NCBI GenBank assembly: GCA_002269645.1
Contig: NIVC01001131.1
Span: 62,001-126,000 of the forward strand
Direction of reading: 5' to 3'
DNA from: Macrostomum lignano
Taxonomy: Eukaryota
Length of the DNA stretch: 64,000 nucleotides
This document shows, in pieces, positions 13,932 to 27,600 of this stretch (positions are counted from its first letter, which is position 1; every line of letters starts with the position of its first letter). A program made the position numbers and the translations under genes. The notes beneath the pieces were generated by a model. It was not told where the DNA came from, did no database searches, and saw only the letters and a list, made by a program, of their open reading frames with translations.

Positions 13932-14863
13932 AATCTTGGGAAGATGAGGCATTAGAGTTTAGACAGCCAAGTTCCATAGCTGAAAATATCCCAACCATCT
14001 AACCAGAATGCCAAGCCTACTGACTGAAATTTGCAAGCAGACGGCACTTCAAATTCAAGGAGTCTCTTTACTGCGCACTGATGATTTTATTCCCAATACA
14101 AATTTTAGTCCCAATTCACTTCTGCAACATTTACTGTATCTAAAAAAGCTCAATATAAACGCAGAAAACTTTGAAAAGAAACTCGAGAAAAAAGATTTAG
14201 AAATATTTTCCCCGCTATTCGAGATGAGCACATGTTCGCCCATGGCATGCGGACCTTAGAGCCGGCTAATCTGGCAATTTAGCCAACCCCAAATATCTTG
14301 TCAATCACTCGATGCAAGGCAGCACCGAGTATGCATTTTCGTGTTGGATTTTCTATACATAACCAGCTACCCTATAGGCTGATGTTCAGTTATGGAATGG
14401 GCAAAATCGATTTATCAAATGGTGTAATTCCCACCGCCACCCGGGCAGCCAGCAGCTCAAGCCTCATCTCTGTCCACTCTTGGAATTCCGCATGCTTCAT
14501 CCATGTCGATATGAAAAATCCAACAAGCGGATTTTGGGACACAAAAAAGCTAAGAAATTTGCTGTTAAACCCATGAAAATATCAGAAACACTGATTGGGA
14601 ACTGTTGCGTCATAGGGCCTTGGGGCTATGCGATACGCAAATCAAGTTTAGTCTTAGTGACTTTGCTAAGCTTACCAAACTTTGGGAGATAAACGAGGCT
14701 CTCGGAGGGTCAAGTGGAAGTCAAACAGTGGGTTCAGTGTCCGGGATGTGTGGCTTCAATAGAGATATGATCTATGACTGCTGTCTCAGAAAATATCAGT
14801 AACAAATTGATGTTAGTCTGGAGTCTAGTACAGATGTTAATCTGGAGTTTCTGATACGTTATT

Positions 14864-17392
14864 TGGGATCTAGGATCTGGGATCTAGGATCTGGGATCTA
14901 GGATCTGGGATCTAGGATCTGGGATCTAGGATCTGGGATCTAGGATCTGGGATCTAGGATCTGGGATCTAGGATCTGGGATCTAGGATCTGGGATCTAGG
15001 ATCTGGGATCTAGGATCTGGGATCTAGGATCTGGGATCTAGGATCTGGGATCTAGGATCTGGGATCTAGGATCTGGGATCTAGGATCTGGGATCTAGGAT
15101 CTGGGATCTAGGATCTGGGATCTAGGATCTGGGATCTAGGATCTGGGATCTAGGATCTGGGATCTAGGATCTGGGATCTAGGATCTGGGATCTAGGATCT
15201 GGGATCTAGGATCTGGGATCTAGGATCTGGGATCTAGGATCTGGGATCTAGGATCTGGGATCTAGGATCTGGGATCTAGGATCTGGGATCTAGGATCTGG
15301 GATCTAGGATCTGGGATCTAGGATCTGGGATCTAGGATCTGGGATCTAGGATCTGGGATCTAGGATCTGGGATCTAGGATCTGGGATCTAGGATGTGGGA
15401 TCTAGGATCTGGGATCTAGGATCTGGGATCTAGGATCTGGGATCTAGGATCTGGGATCTAGGATCTGGGATCTAGGATCTGGGATCTAGGATCTGGGATC
15501 TAGGATCTGGGATCTAGGATCTGGGATCTAGGATCTGGGATCTAGGATCTGGGATCTAGGATCTGGGATCTAGGATCTGGGATCTAGGATCTGGGATCTA
15601 GGATCTGGGATCTAGGATCTGGGATCTAGGATCTGGGATCTAGGATCTGGGATCTAGGATCTGGGATCTAGGATCTGGGATCTAGGATCTGGGATCTAGG
15701 ATCTGGGATCTAGGATCTGGGATCTAGGATCTGGGATCTAGGATCTGGGATCTAGGATCTGGGATCTAGGATCTGGGATCTAGGATCTGGGATCTAGGAT
15801 CTGGGATCTAGGATGTGGGATCTAGGATGTGGGATCTAGGATCTGGGATCTAGGATCTGGGATCTAGGATCTGGGATCTAGGATCTGGGATCTAGGATCT
15901 GGGATCTAGGATCTGGGATCTAGGATCTGGGATCTAGGATCTGGGATCTAGGATCTGGGATCTAGGATCTGGGATCTAGGATCTGGGATCTAGGATCTGG
16001 GATCTAGGATCTGGGATCTAGGATCTGGGATCTAGGATCTGGGATCTAGGATCTGGGATCTAGGATCTGGGATCTAGGATCTGGGATCTAGGATCTGGGA
16101 TCTAGGATCTGGGATCTAGGATCTGGGATCTAGGATCTGGGATCTAGGATCTGGGATCTAGGATCTGGGATCTAGGATCTGGGATCTAGGATCTGGGATC
16201 TAGGATCTGGGATCTAGGATCTGGGATCTAGGATCTGGGATCTAGGATCTGGGATCTAGGATCTGGGATCTAGGATCTGGGATCTAGGATCTGGGATCTA
16301 GGATCTGGGATCTAGGATCTGGGATCTAGGATCTGGGATCTAGGATCTGGGATCTAGGATCTGGGATCTAGGATCTGGGATCTAGGATCTGGGATCTAGG
16401 ATCTGGGATCTAGGATCTGGGATCTAGGATCTGGGATCTAGGATCTGGGATCTAGGATCTGGGATCTAGGATGTGGGATCTAGGATCTGGGATCTAGGAT
16501 CTGGGATCTAGGATCTGGGATCTAGGATCTGGGATCTAGGATCTGGGATCTAGGATCTGGGATCTAGGATCTGGGATCTAGGATCTGGGATCTAGGATCT
16601 GGGATCTAGGATCTGGGATCTAGGATCTGGGATCTAGGATCTGGGATCTAGGATCTGGGATCTAGGATCTGGGATCTAGGATGTGGGATCTAGGATCTGG
16701 GATCTAGGATCTGGGATCTAGGATCTGGGATCTAGGATCTGGGATCTAGGATCTGGGATCTAGGATCTGGGATCTAGGATCTGGGATCTAGGATCTGGGA
16801 TCTAGGATCTGGGATCTAGGATCTGGGATCTAGGATCTGGGATCTAGGATCTGGGATCTAGGATCTGGGATCTAGGATCTGGGATCTAGGATCTGGGATC
16901 TAGGATCTGGGATCTAGGATCTGGGATCTAGGATCTGGGATCTAGGATCTGGGATCTAGGATCTGGGATCTAGGATCTGGGATCTAGGATCTGGGATCTA
17001 GGATCTGGGATCTAGGATCTGGGATCTAGGATCTGGGATCTAGGATCTGGGATCTAGGATCTGGGATCTAGGATCTGGGATCTAGGATCTGGGATCTAGG
17101 ATCTGGGATCTAGGATCTGGGATCTAGGATCTGGGATCTAGGATCTGGGATCTAGGATCTGGGATCTAGGATCTGGGATCTAGGATCTGGGATCTAGGAT
17201 CTGGGATCTAGGATCTGGGATCTAGGATCTGGGATCTAGGATCTGGGATCTAGGATCTGGGATCTAGGATCTGGGATCTAGGATCTGGGATCTAGGATCT
17301 GGGATCTAGGATCTGGGATCTAGGATCTGGGATCTAGGATCTGGGATCTAGGATCTGGGATCTAGGATCTGGGATCTAGGATCTGGGATCTA
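14864..17392. repeat. 14-bp satellite (GGGATCTAGGATCT)n, about 180 copies
   Basis: Nearly invariant; rare ATGT variants. Confidence 0.98.
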
Positions 17393-17884
17393 AGACTCTT
17401 TCAATGACTACACCAAGTTCCAGACCAGACTACTAATATAGGTTTGCAGTCCATGAACGAGTTACAATGTTACGTGGAATAGAAACTATAGTTAAAGATA
17501 CTCTTAATCTCAGATTCAGACTTAAAAGACTTATTTGCAGGCAAAAACTCAGTTTTAGAAGTACATAAAAATGACGCTCGCAGACGTGCAGCGAAGGCGA
17601 GTTCGAATATTTTGAGAGAAAACCACCTAGGTCAAGAGTGTGTGTTCGTCTACAGCCCAGCTATTCGGTAAATTTGCTGTACAAAATTCGTACCAACTTG
17701 GCTATTGTTTCATATTGGACACAACATACACAGAGCTGAAAACTTGTTTGCATTGGCAATAGTGGCTCAGTGAAGACTGAGCTAGTAGAGAGCACTTAGC
17801 AACTAAATTATAAGTAAAAATGTAGTCTTTGCATAAGAGCTGTTTGCCTATTTCTTGGCTTCCATTCATATTTTGGCTCTGGCT

Positions 17885-18840
17885 TAGGTGCAGGGGGCAC
17901 TGGCTGAGGTGTAGGGGCACTGGCTGAGGTGCAGGGGGCACTGGCTGAGGTGTAGGGGCACTGGCTGAGGTGCAGGGGGCACAGGCTGAGGTGTAGGGGG
18001 CACTGGCTGAGGTGTAGGGGCACTGGCTGAGGTGTAGGGGCACTGGCTGAGGTGCAGGGGGCACAGGCTGAGGTGTAGGGGCACTGGCTGAGGTGCAGGG
18101 GGCACTGGCTGAGGTGTAGGGGGCACTGGCTGAGGTGCAGGGGGCACAGGCTGAGGTGTAGGGGCACTGGCTGAGGTGTAGGGGCACTGGCTGAGGTGTA
18201 GGGGGCACTGGCTGAGGTGCAGGGGGCACAGGCTGAGGTGTAGGGGGCACAGGCTGAGGTGTAGGGGGCACTGGCTGAGGTGTAGGGGGCACTGGCTGAG
18301 GTGTATGGGGCACTGGCTGAGGTGTAGGGGCACTGGCTGAGGTGTAGGGGGCACTGGCTGAGGTGTAGGGGGCACTGGCTGAGGTGTAGGGGCACTGGCT
18401 GAGGTGTAGGGGGCACTGGCTGAGGTGTAGGGGGCACTGGTTGAGTATAGGGGCACTGGCTGAGGTGTAGGGGGCACTGGTTGAGGTGTAGGGGGCACTG
18501 GCTGAGGTGTAGGGGGCACTGGTTGAGTGTAGGGGGCACTGGCTGAGGTGTAGGGGCCACAGGTTGAGGTGTAGGGGGCACTGGTTGAGGTGTAGGGGGC
18601 ACTGGCTGAGGTGTAGGGGCCACAGGTTGAGGTGTAGGGGGCACTGGTTGAGGTGTAGGGGGCACTGGTTGAGTGTAGGGGGCACTGGCTGAGGTGTAGG
18701 GGCCACAGGTTGAGGTGTAGGGGGCACTGGTTGAGGTGTAGGGGGCACTGGCTGAGGTGTAGGGGGCACTGGTTGAGGTGTAGGGGGCACTGGTTGAGGT
18801 GTAGGGGGCACTGGCTGAGGTGTAGGGGGCACAGGTTGAA
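17885..18840. repeat. 21-22-bp G-rich minisatellite (GGCACTGGCTGAGGTGTAGGGG)
   Basis: About 43 copies; explains the PQPVPPT-type ORFs. Confidence 0.95.
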
Positions 18841-19599
18841 GCGAAAGGGGAAACCGCAGTCCCTAGATGCCCAACAAAAACACCTGTGGTTCCCAGCGCC
18901 ACAGCAGGCAGCCGGGCCGGACACAGCACCACCCGCCCAAAATATTATTTTACAATTTTTCAGTTAACCTTCCGTGGCTTCATTTCAGGATAGCAGACAC
19001 CGCCAAAATTACGCGTCAGACAGTGCTAAACGGCTTGAAGGCAAGCAGCTGACTTGTGGCTAAAAAGGCCAGAACAGCAAGAATTTATTGTCGAGCCATT
19101 TCCGAACAGACAAAGACCGGAGTGACTGAATGGTCCGAAGCAAAGTTTAAGAGGCAGGTAGATGAGCGATGGAGGAGGGAAGAGAGGCGTCACGCTCTAA
19201 TGGCTCGCCCCCCCCCCCCGCGGTAAGGAATTATAACAAGCAATCTTATACAGGTAAACAGCCCCATCAATATTCTTTCCTTTCGCAAGCAAATACCCCT
19301 TTTTACCTGCGATAGCCCCATGGTCTTGAAAACATTTCAGAATTTGTCAATTATCCGCGGCGAACAAAGCAATCTGACATTTCTGGCTTTGATGACAACA
19401 TTTTTGTTTGGAAAAAAATTCGGCAGCTGAGTCATCCCCATTGCGAGCCGATTTGTTGCATTTTTCTATTAAAAGCAGACAGTTAAAAGATTAGCTTTAG
19501 TTTCTTCGCAATTTATGCGCATGCTGAAGTATTATAAAAGTTATAAATATACTTGAAGAAGGCATCTTAAGAAGTCCAAATGCCGGAATAGGGAGCCTG

Positions 19600-20350
19600 A
19601 AGATGAAGCCACAAGAAGAAGCCACAAGATGAAGCCACAAGATGAAGCCACAAGATGAAGTCACAAGATGAAGCCACAAGAAGCCAGAAGAAGAAGCCAC
19701 AAGATGAAGCCACAAGAAGAAGCCACAAGATGAAGCCACAAGATGAAGCCACAAATGAAGCCACAAGATGAAGCCACAAGATGAAGCCACAAGATGAAGC
19801 CACAAGATGAAGCCAGAAGAAGAAGCCAGAAGAAGAAGCCACAAGATGAAGCCACAAGAAGAAGCCAGAAGATGAAGCCAGAAGAAGAAGCCAGAAGAAG
19901 AAGCCACAAGATAAAGCCACAAGAAGAAGCCAGAAGATGAAGCCAGAATATGAAGCCACAAGATGAAGCCACAAGATGAAGCCAGAAGATGAAGCCAGAA
20001 GATGAAGCCAGAAGATGAAGCCAGAAGATGAAGCCACAAGAAGAAGCCACAAGAAGAAGCCAGAAGATCAAGCCACAAGAAGAAGCCAGAAGAAGAAGCC
20101 AGAAAAAGAAGCCAGAAGAAGAAGCCAGAAAAAGAAGCCAGAAGAAGAAGCCACAAGATGAAGCCAGAAGGAGAAGCCAGAAGAAAAAGCCAGAAGAAGA
20201 AGCGAGAAGAAGAAGCCAGAAGAAGAAGCTACAAGAAGAACCCAGAAGAAGAAGCCAGAAGAAGAAGCTAGAAGATGAAGGAGCCAGAAGTCGGAGACGA
20301 CGAAAGAAGAAGCCACAAGATGAAGCCACAAGAAGGAGCCAGAAGTCGGA
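19600..20350. repeat. 13-bp purine-rich repeat (GAAGCCACAAGAT / GAAGCCAGAAGAA)
   Basis: Direct reading. Confidence 0.9.
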
Positions 20351-21174
20351 GAAGACGAAAGAAGAAGCCACAAGGCAGCTTAATATTGCCACAACTATAA
20401 AAGCGAGCTGACAAAGCCAGAACTGAAGATCCGCAAACTAAGAAACTCGCGCACACCTGGGCAACATCGGCAAAGTTCAAAGGATTGTAAAAAAACCCCA
20501 CATGGATTCAGAAGGCGGTGCACTATAATTCAATCGAGCCAGGGCACACCTCGCGACCCGAGGGTGGATCCCATTTCGCGTGGCGAGGCAAAGGGCGCAG
20601 ATGCCAAGAAACACGAAATGAAATCCCGCGGTATCATCGGCGGAACCGAAAAGGTGAGAGAAAGTAAAGATGAAGCGCGATGAGGCTGCAGATTCCAATT
20701 AGTTTCGCCCCAGCCTCTGTAATCTGCATTTTTTCGGATTGCACACGGGATCTACTGGAGTCTCGCCGTTTCTCTTTTAGCCTGTCAAGGAGTGAACGGG
20801 TCTGTGTTCTTTTTCTACTGCTCTATTCTCTTCCCTCTGGTGCAAGTGGCAGCACCTGCAGCTTCGCGGGGGAGGGGGGCTTTCATTCATCATCATGTCT
20901 AACAACTTGCAGTCCGTCGAACAATATCCAGGGGCCGAACAGGCAGGATCAGGAAGATTGAAAGTGATGCGATGGGGCATCTCGTCCAGCCTACCATGGC
21001 TGCAGAGGCTTGGGTCAAAGTACAGCAAGTCAGAACTTGTCTGAAAGGGCGAATCTAAAAATTTGTTTACTTTTCTCTGCCGTAAGAGCTTGAAGGGTCT
21101 TTGACACATCTGGACTGTAAACACCTTATTAAACTAAACTGACTATCTTAGCTTCACTAATTGCCTGATTAAAA

Positions 21175-21320
21175 GTCTCCTGACACAGATTGAAGCATCT
21201 GACACAGATTGAAGCATCTGACACAGATTGAAGCATCTGACACAGATTGAAGCATCTGACACAGATTGAAGCATCTGACGCAGATTGAAGCATCTGACAC
21301 AGATTGAAGCATCTGACACA
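21175..21320. repeat. 19-bp tandem repeat (GACACAGATTGAAGCATCT), about 7 copies
   Basis: Direct reading. Confidence 0.9.
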
Positions 21321-22289
21321 GGTAATCTTGTGACAGATTTAAATATCCGAAAGAAATCCTGACAGACATGTGGACTTCAAAGAAATATGATTTTCAATGC
21401 TAGTATCAACACATGTGTATGGATACACTTATGTCTTATACAGTTCTAATTGTGCCCAGTGCATATTAGACTTGTTAACTTTTCCCACTTCGGGAATTTC
21501 GGGAAGAAAGATGCGAGGGGTACAGAGGCAGCACAGGGTCAGAGAGGAGTCCGAATGGACTTGCAAAAATGCGCATGATTAGGTTATAAGAGGCCAGGGA
21601 TATAAGGTGGTTTTGCAAGGTCGGGACCTTGTTAAACTGCCAGCAGGGGAGGTGAACTGAAGGCAGTGAGGTCAGCCACTACAACTAGTTAACTTTTCCT
21701 TCACAATACGGAAACTTTTGCTTGCAGACTTGCATACGCGCGCTGGAACGCTTTGAAAAAAACTTGTAGTTTGAAAAATAATCGCCCACCAGGTCTGGGA
21801 GAGCGAAAGCAGAAGTTGGTTGCCGACGGCGAAAGGCGAGAAGAGAAACAGGGGGATGTCAGGCCGAAAGGTGCGGCTCATTAGCGGGGAAAGAATGCAG
21901 TGAGTCACCGGTGTGTGCGACGGTTTTTTGAAAAGCAAAAAATAACACGATACAACAGAACTGAATTGTAATAAGGAACCACCAGGTAAATTTTCTGTGT
22001 TTCTGAGTGACATCTTGCAGCCTCTAGCTTGAGGTCGCGGAGCTTTGGGAACACTAAAACACCGGGCTTGCTCCAGATTCCTGACCAGAAACTCTCCTCT
22101 TACAGACCACATCCTCTTATGGCCGCTGGTGCCGCCAGAAAGAAATTTTCGAATTCACTCTTCACTTTTGTTATGCTTGTGTAAGTGGGAGCAATTGAAA
22201 CTGCTAAGGCCTCTCTGTTTGCCCCTCGGGTCCTTTGAAACTTCACAAATAGCAATCCGGCCCGCTCAAGGTTTGTGTCTCTGCTCAGC

Positions 22290-22690
22290 TCCCTTCTCTT
22301 CTCCCCCCTCCTCTCTCATCTTGATCTCCCCTCTCTTCCCTCCTCTTACCTCTTCTCTCACCCCTCCTCTTACCTCTCCTCTCTCATCCCCTCTACTCTT
22401 TGTCCCCTCTCATCTCTCATCTCACCTCTCCTCTCACTTCGCCTCTCACCTTTCCTCTCTCATCTCCTCTCCCCTCTCACCCCTACTCTTACCTCTCCTC
22501 TCTCACCCTCCCCTCTACTCTTTGCCCTCCTCTCACCTCTTCTCTCTCATCCCCCTCTCCTCTCACCCCTCCTCTCACCTCTCCTCTCTGATCTCCCCTC
22601 TATCTCACCATACTTCTCACCACTGATCTCCCCTCTCCTGTCAACCCTCCTCTCACCTCTCCTCTTTCGTCTCCCCTTCCTCCTCTCCCT
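22290..22690. repeat. CT-rich low-complexity tract
   Basis: Direct reading. Confidence 0.85.
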
Positions 22691-23201
22691 GTCCCGCGGT
22701 CATGTGCGAGATTCTCTATCTGCCCATTAATTAAAAAATGCCGACCTCAAAGTTACAGTTAAAATGAAGATGCTTATAAAATAATGTATCAAAAAAGCAG
22801 CCTTTTGCAAGCCGCGTAAACAAATCATGGGTAAGTGTTCGATTTTAAAGACATTTTCTAATAACATTTTTCGTTAAATTCCAAATTTTGTTACATTCTA
22901 CAAATTGCTCAAACTATAGGCGTCTCAAAGCGATGCATTTGGCTACAATTGCATGGTTGATGAACTTGGTAGATTGAAGCTATAACCAGCTCTTTGTTTA
23001 GGAAAGTAAATTTCCGGTGTTATTTTATGGGCATGGTTATAACAAAATGGCATCGTTAGGGTTGAAGGGGCTCATTGGGAATTCAAACTCAAAGATGCGG
23101 GCATTAAGATATTGCGCAACCAGCTTGCACAATCGAATTCTAAAATCGAGTCGAACCCCCCCTCTTCAAGCACGAAGTCAAAGTATCACAGGCAGGCATT
23201 G

Positions 23202-23580
23202 TCACGTTAAACCATAGACTATCCTTACTAGCCCAGCAGTCACAATGAGATCACGAAAATTGATAATTTTGATGCGTCTATAGTATAGTCTAGAATTTTC
23301 TATTGCGCATTCAGACCCTTGAACCCTGCGCTCCACTCTGAAAGGGGTTAACAATAGCCTGCATGGCTTGGTTATGAATGCAATGCAAGTCACTTGAGTC
23401 AGACTATACGCACGAGACCCTTCTCGGCTGAGCTTTGAGGTGCTAATCAAATTGGTAGATCTTTCTCCTGCCTGCAGTGACCTGCTGCTCAGTAAAATCT
23501 TATATAATTGACATTTAGAAGGGCCAATTATGGATATGAGACGGAGATCCACGTTCAATAATGCAATATTCACCCGTATT
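23202..23580 (-). pseudogene. Possible decayed non-LTR (L1/Tx1-like) reverse transcriptase fragment
   Basis: NIALLNVDLR resembles the RT motif RPIALLNVDYK; downstream similarity is weak. Confidence 0.25.
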
Positions 23581-23809
23581 TAACTGGTAAATGGAGCACA
23601 CCTGCAATATACTAGTCCTCATGCGAAATTGTTTAGAAGCATTGCATTCGTTTAGGTTTATTTTAGTTTAAAAAATTAAGGATAAAATCATGGCCGACCC
23701 TGTCCTGACACATTTTAACATTCACCAACACTGACTAAACTGATTTAAGAGCATCGCAACAGTAACAACTTCTAGTTATCTACACCTGACACCTAGGTAT
23801 TGAGACACC

Positions 23810-24185
23810 CTCCCTGACAGTTATTCAGCCACCCTCCCTGACACTTATTGAGCCACCCTCCCTGAGACTTATTGAGCCATCCTCCCTGACACTTAGTGAG
23901 ACACCCTATCTGACACTTATTGAGCCACCCTCCCTGAGACTTATTGAGCCATCCTCTCTGACAGTTATTGAGACATCCTCCCTGACACTTATTGAGCCAT
24001 CCTCCCTCACACTTATTGAGCCACCCTATCTGACACTTATTGAGCCACCCTATCTGACACTTATTGAGCCACCCTATCTGACACTTATTGAGCCACCCTA
24101 TCTGACACTTATTGAGCCATCTTCCCTGACACTTAGTGAGCCATCTTCCCTGACACTTAGTGAGTCACCCTCCCTGACACTTATT
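23810..24185. repeat. 24-bp minisatellite (CCACCCTCCCTGACACTTATTGAG) starting just inside the LHFPL-like intron donor
   Basis: About 15 copies. Confidence 0.9.
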
Positions 24186-24206
24186 CAGCCGAGTCAGCAA
24201 ACTCAC

Positions 24207-24732
24207 CGGCCACGCCCTGGACACAGCCGGCCACCCTGGCCGCCAGCCTATCAGCTCCGGGTCGCAGGAACAACGCCGCCACGGCAACCAAAGCGCAGAG
24301 CGACTGCAGCAGGCAGCCGCCTCCGAACAGAACGCAGGTCGCCCTCCAAGCATCTGACGGCAGATTAGCAAACGAGAACTCTCCGGAGTACACGCCGCAC
24401 ACGGTGCCGCCATCCTCGCCGGAGTTCTGCCTGCGCAAATGCGGCAAGTCGATGGCGTTGACGCAGAAGCTGAACACGCCCAGACAGTGCGGCCGGCGCG
24501 GCTCCACAATCCAGAACGGCTGCAGGAAGCAGAAGAACGACACACCGGCGCACAGAATCGACAACAGGCACCAAAGGAAGCTGATTGGACTCAGCATTTT
24601 CTTCACTAGAGGCTGGCGCGGTCTTCTGCTACTAGAAGATCTCCGACTCTGCTCCTGGTGCGCGCCCACCTGCGGCTGCAACTGCTGACTAACAATGGAT
24701 GTCCCAGTTGAAGGCCACTGGGAATCTTTCAT
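24207..24732 (-). CDS. LHFPL/TMEM211-like tetraspan protein, exon 1
   Basis: ATG at 24732 (alternative ATG at MLSPISFLW). Sequence runs TM1 LWCLLSILCAGVSFFCFLQPFW, GVFSFC, C, LPSDAWRATCVLFGGG, TM2/TM3. Donor GCCG|GTGAGT, phase 1; intron about 10.9 kb. Confidence 0.85.
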
Positions 24733-25094
24733 TTGGGCGAACCGGTTGTCTTTGAATGAATTAATAGGATCCGGGATCTGGCATTCTAATCAGTTTCTAG
24801 GGTAGAAGAAATGCCACTCTTGCTGCTTGTGCGCGGGACTGCAGCCTGTCTTCTACTCTGCGCTGGTTTCGTCTGATTGGCTCCTGGGAGAGCCAATGAA
24901 CTGATTTCATCATATAAATGCGTTTACTATACAGTCAGCTGATGATACTACTGATCAGTGCCAGCGTAAGTAGGATAGCTTGAATACAATAAGACGCAAG
25001 CTATAAGATACTTTATTTATACAAATACAGTCGCTGAAGATGAACTGTAAGATGATTTAATAAGCTATCAACAACCAGGTGAAATAGCTTTTAT

Positions 25095-26220
25095 ATGACC
25101 TGTCAGATGACCTACCCAATTATTAAAATGTCACTGGGTCAGATGACCTACCCAATTATTAAAATGTCACTGGGTCAGATGACCTACCCAATTATTAAAA
25201 TGTCACTGGGTCAGATGACCTACCCAATTATTAATAGGTCATTGGGTCAGATGACCAACTATATTTATAGGTCATTGGGTTAGAAGATCAACGAAATTAA
25301 TAGGTCACTGGGTCAGATGACCTACCAAATTATAAGGTTATTGGGTCAGATGAACTACCAAAATTAAAAGGTTATTGGGTCAGATGACCAACTATATTTA
25401 TAGGTCATTGGGTAAGAAGACCAACGAAATTAATAGGTCACTGGGTCAGATGACCTACCCAATCGAATAGGTCACTGGGTCAGATGACCTACCCAATCAA
25501 ATAGGTCACTGGGTCAGATGACCAACGAAATTGATAGGTCATTGGGTTAGATGACCAACTATTGTATATTTATAGGCCATTGGGTCAGATGACCTGCCCA
25601 ACATAATAGGTCATGGGGCCAGATGACCTACTCAACATAATAGGATATTGCGTTAGATTACCTACCAGACATAATAGGTCATGGGGCCAGATGACCTACC
25701 CAACATAATAGGACATGGGGCCAGATGACCTACCCAACATAATAGGACATGGGGCCAGATGACCTACCCAACATAATAGGTCATGGGGCCAGTTGACCTA
25801 CCCAACATAATAGGTCATTGGGTCAGAGGACCTACCAACATAATAGGTCATTGGGTCAGAGGACCTACCCAATTAAATAGGTCATGGGGCCAGATGACCT
25901 ACCCAACATAATAGGTCATGGGGCCAGATGACCTACCCAACATAATAGGTCATGGGGCCAGATGACCTACCCAACATAATAGGTCATGGGGCCAGATGAC
26001 CTACCCAACATAATAGGTCATGGGGCCAGATGACCTACCCAACATAATAGGTCATGGGGCCAGATGACCTACCCAACATAATAGGTCATGGGGCCAGATG
26101 ACCTACCCAACATAATAGGTCATGGGGCCAGATGACCTACCCAACATAATAGGTCATGGGGCCAGATGACCTACCCAACATAATAGGTCATGGGGCCAGA
26201 TGACCTACCCAACATAATAG
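25095..26220. repeat. ~31-bp minisatellite (GGTCATGGGGCCAGATGACCTACCCAACATAATA family)
   Basis: More than 30 copies with blocks of variants. Confidence 0.9.
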
Positions 26221-26977
26221 GACATTATATCTGAATATATACTAAATCAATACGTCAGGTATTGAAAAACACACGACCAATAAGCGAGAACAGACAACAT
26301 ATTACTAATGAAAATTGTTTCTGCCCGAAGCAAATTTTATAAAAATCTCTTTCCAAACATGCTTTTTGTTCTTTAAAAAGCGCGACTGTAAATATATGAC
26401 GAGTATATTATATAGATAGATCGCACTTTAAATTATACATAAATATGCTATCATTTTAATAAATTATAAAAACAAAAATTTGCTTCACAATTAAAAAAAT
26501 AAATGTATACATAACTACATCAATATTACACCATTGTGCAAATTTTAATAAAACACTAAAAAGCTAAAAAGCATGCATGAAAAAATTGAAAGTTTAGTGT
26601 TGAAAAAATTATAACAAACCCAATACGATCCTGAAAGAGGATAGTTAATGATAAAAAAATCAAACTGGTCACTTTGTTAAAACAAAATCGATTAAGATAT
26701 AAGCAAAAATTACAATCATGCAGTCATAAAACACATTAGGACATTATATTCGATCCTAAAGTCTTACTGGAAAACATAAAGTCGGAATGCTAAGCACACT
26801 GATATCGCACGCATGCTTATCAGCTAGCATTTACCTTACTAATTTAATTTATAAAATAAAATTGCCTTAAACGTGTCATAATCAGGATATGTGCAATTAG
26901 TAAGGTTTTCAAGTATAAATGTGATAAAATAAATAAAATGAAAAGTTATTTTTGTTTTGGAGTTCAGGTGTAAGATA

Positions 26978-27600
26978 ATGTACATTGGGGGTAGGATTGC
27001 TCGGAGAGAATGTACATTGGGGTAGGGTTGCTCGGAGAGAATGTACATTGGGGTAGGGTTGCTCGGAGAGAATGTACATTGGGGTAGGGTTGCTCGGAGA
27101 GAATGTACATTGTGGTAGGGTTGCTCGGAGAGAATGTACATTGGGGTAGGGTTGCTCGGAGAGAATGTACATTGGGGTAGGGTTGCTCGGAGAGAATGTA
27201 CATTGGGGTAGGGTTGCTCGGAGAGAATGTACATTGGGGTAGGGTTGCTCGGAGAGAATGTAAATTGGGGTAGGGTTGCTTGGAGAGAATGTACATTGGG
27301 GTAGGGTTGCTCGGAGAGAATGTACATTGGGGTAGGGTTGCTCGGAGAGAATGTACATTGGGGTAGGGTTGCTCGGAGAGAATGTACATTGGGGTAGGGT
27401 TGCTCGGAGAGAATGTACATTGGGGGAAGGGTTAGTCAGAGAGAGAGATTGTACATTGGGGGTAGGGTTAGTCAGAGAGATTGTACATTGGGGGTAGGGT
27501 TAGTCAGAGAGATTGTACATTGGGGTAGGATTAGTCAGAGAGATTGTACATTGGGGTAGGATTAGTCAGAGAGATTGTACATTGGGGATAGAGTTGGTCA
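26978..27600. repeat. 31-bp minisatellite (GAGAATGTACATTGGGGTAGGGTTGCTCGGA)
   Basis: Direct reading. Confidence 0.9.

Noticed and set aside
13990-14800. Possible decayed coding sequence on the minus strand
   Set aside because: Multiple stops and no motif I could recognise.
17702-18967. Long ORFs (346-376 aa) with PQPVPPT/LHLSQCP/YTSASAP repeats
   Set aside because: They are translations of a 21-22 bp minisatellite, open in several frames, inside an intron.
19497-20411. K/E/R-rich and hydrophobic repeat ORFs as a real protein
   Set aside because: They are explained by a 13-bp repeat; flanking sequence has stops in all frames and no recognisable domain.
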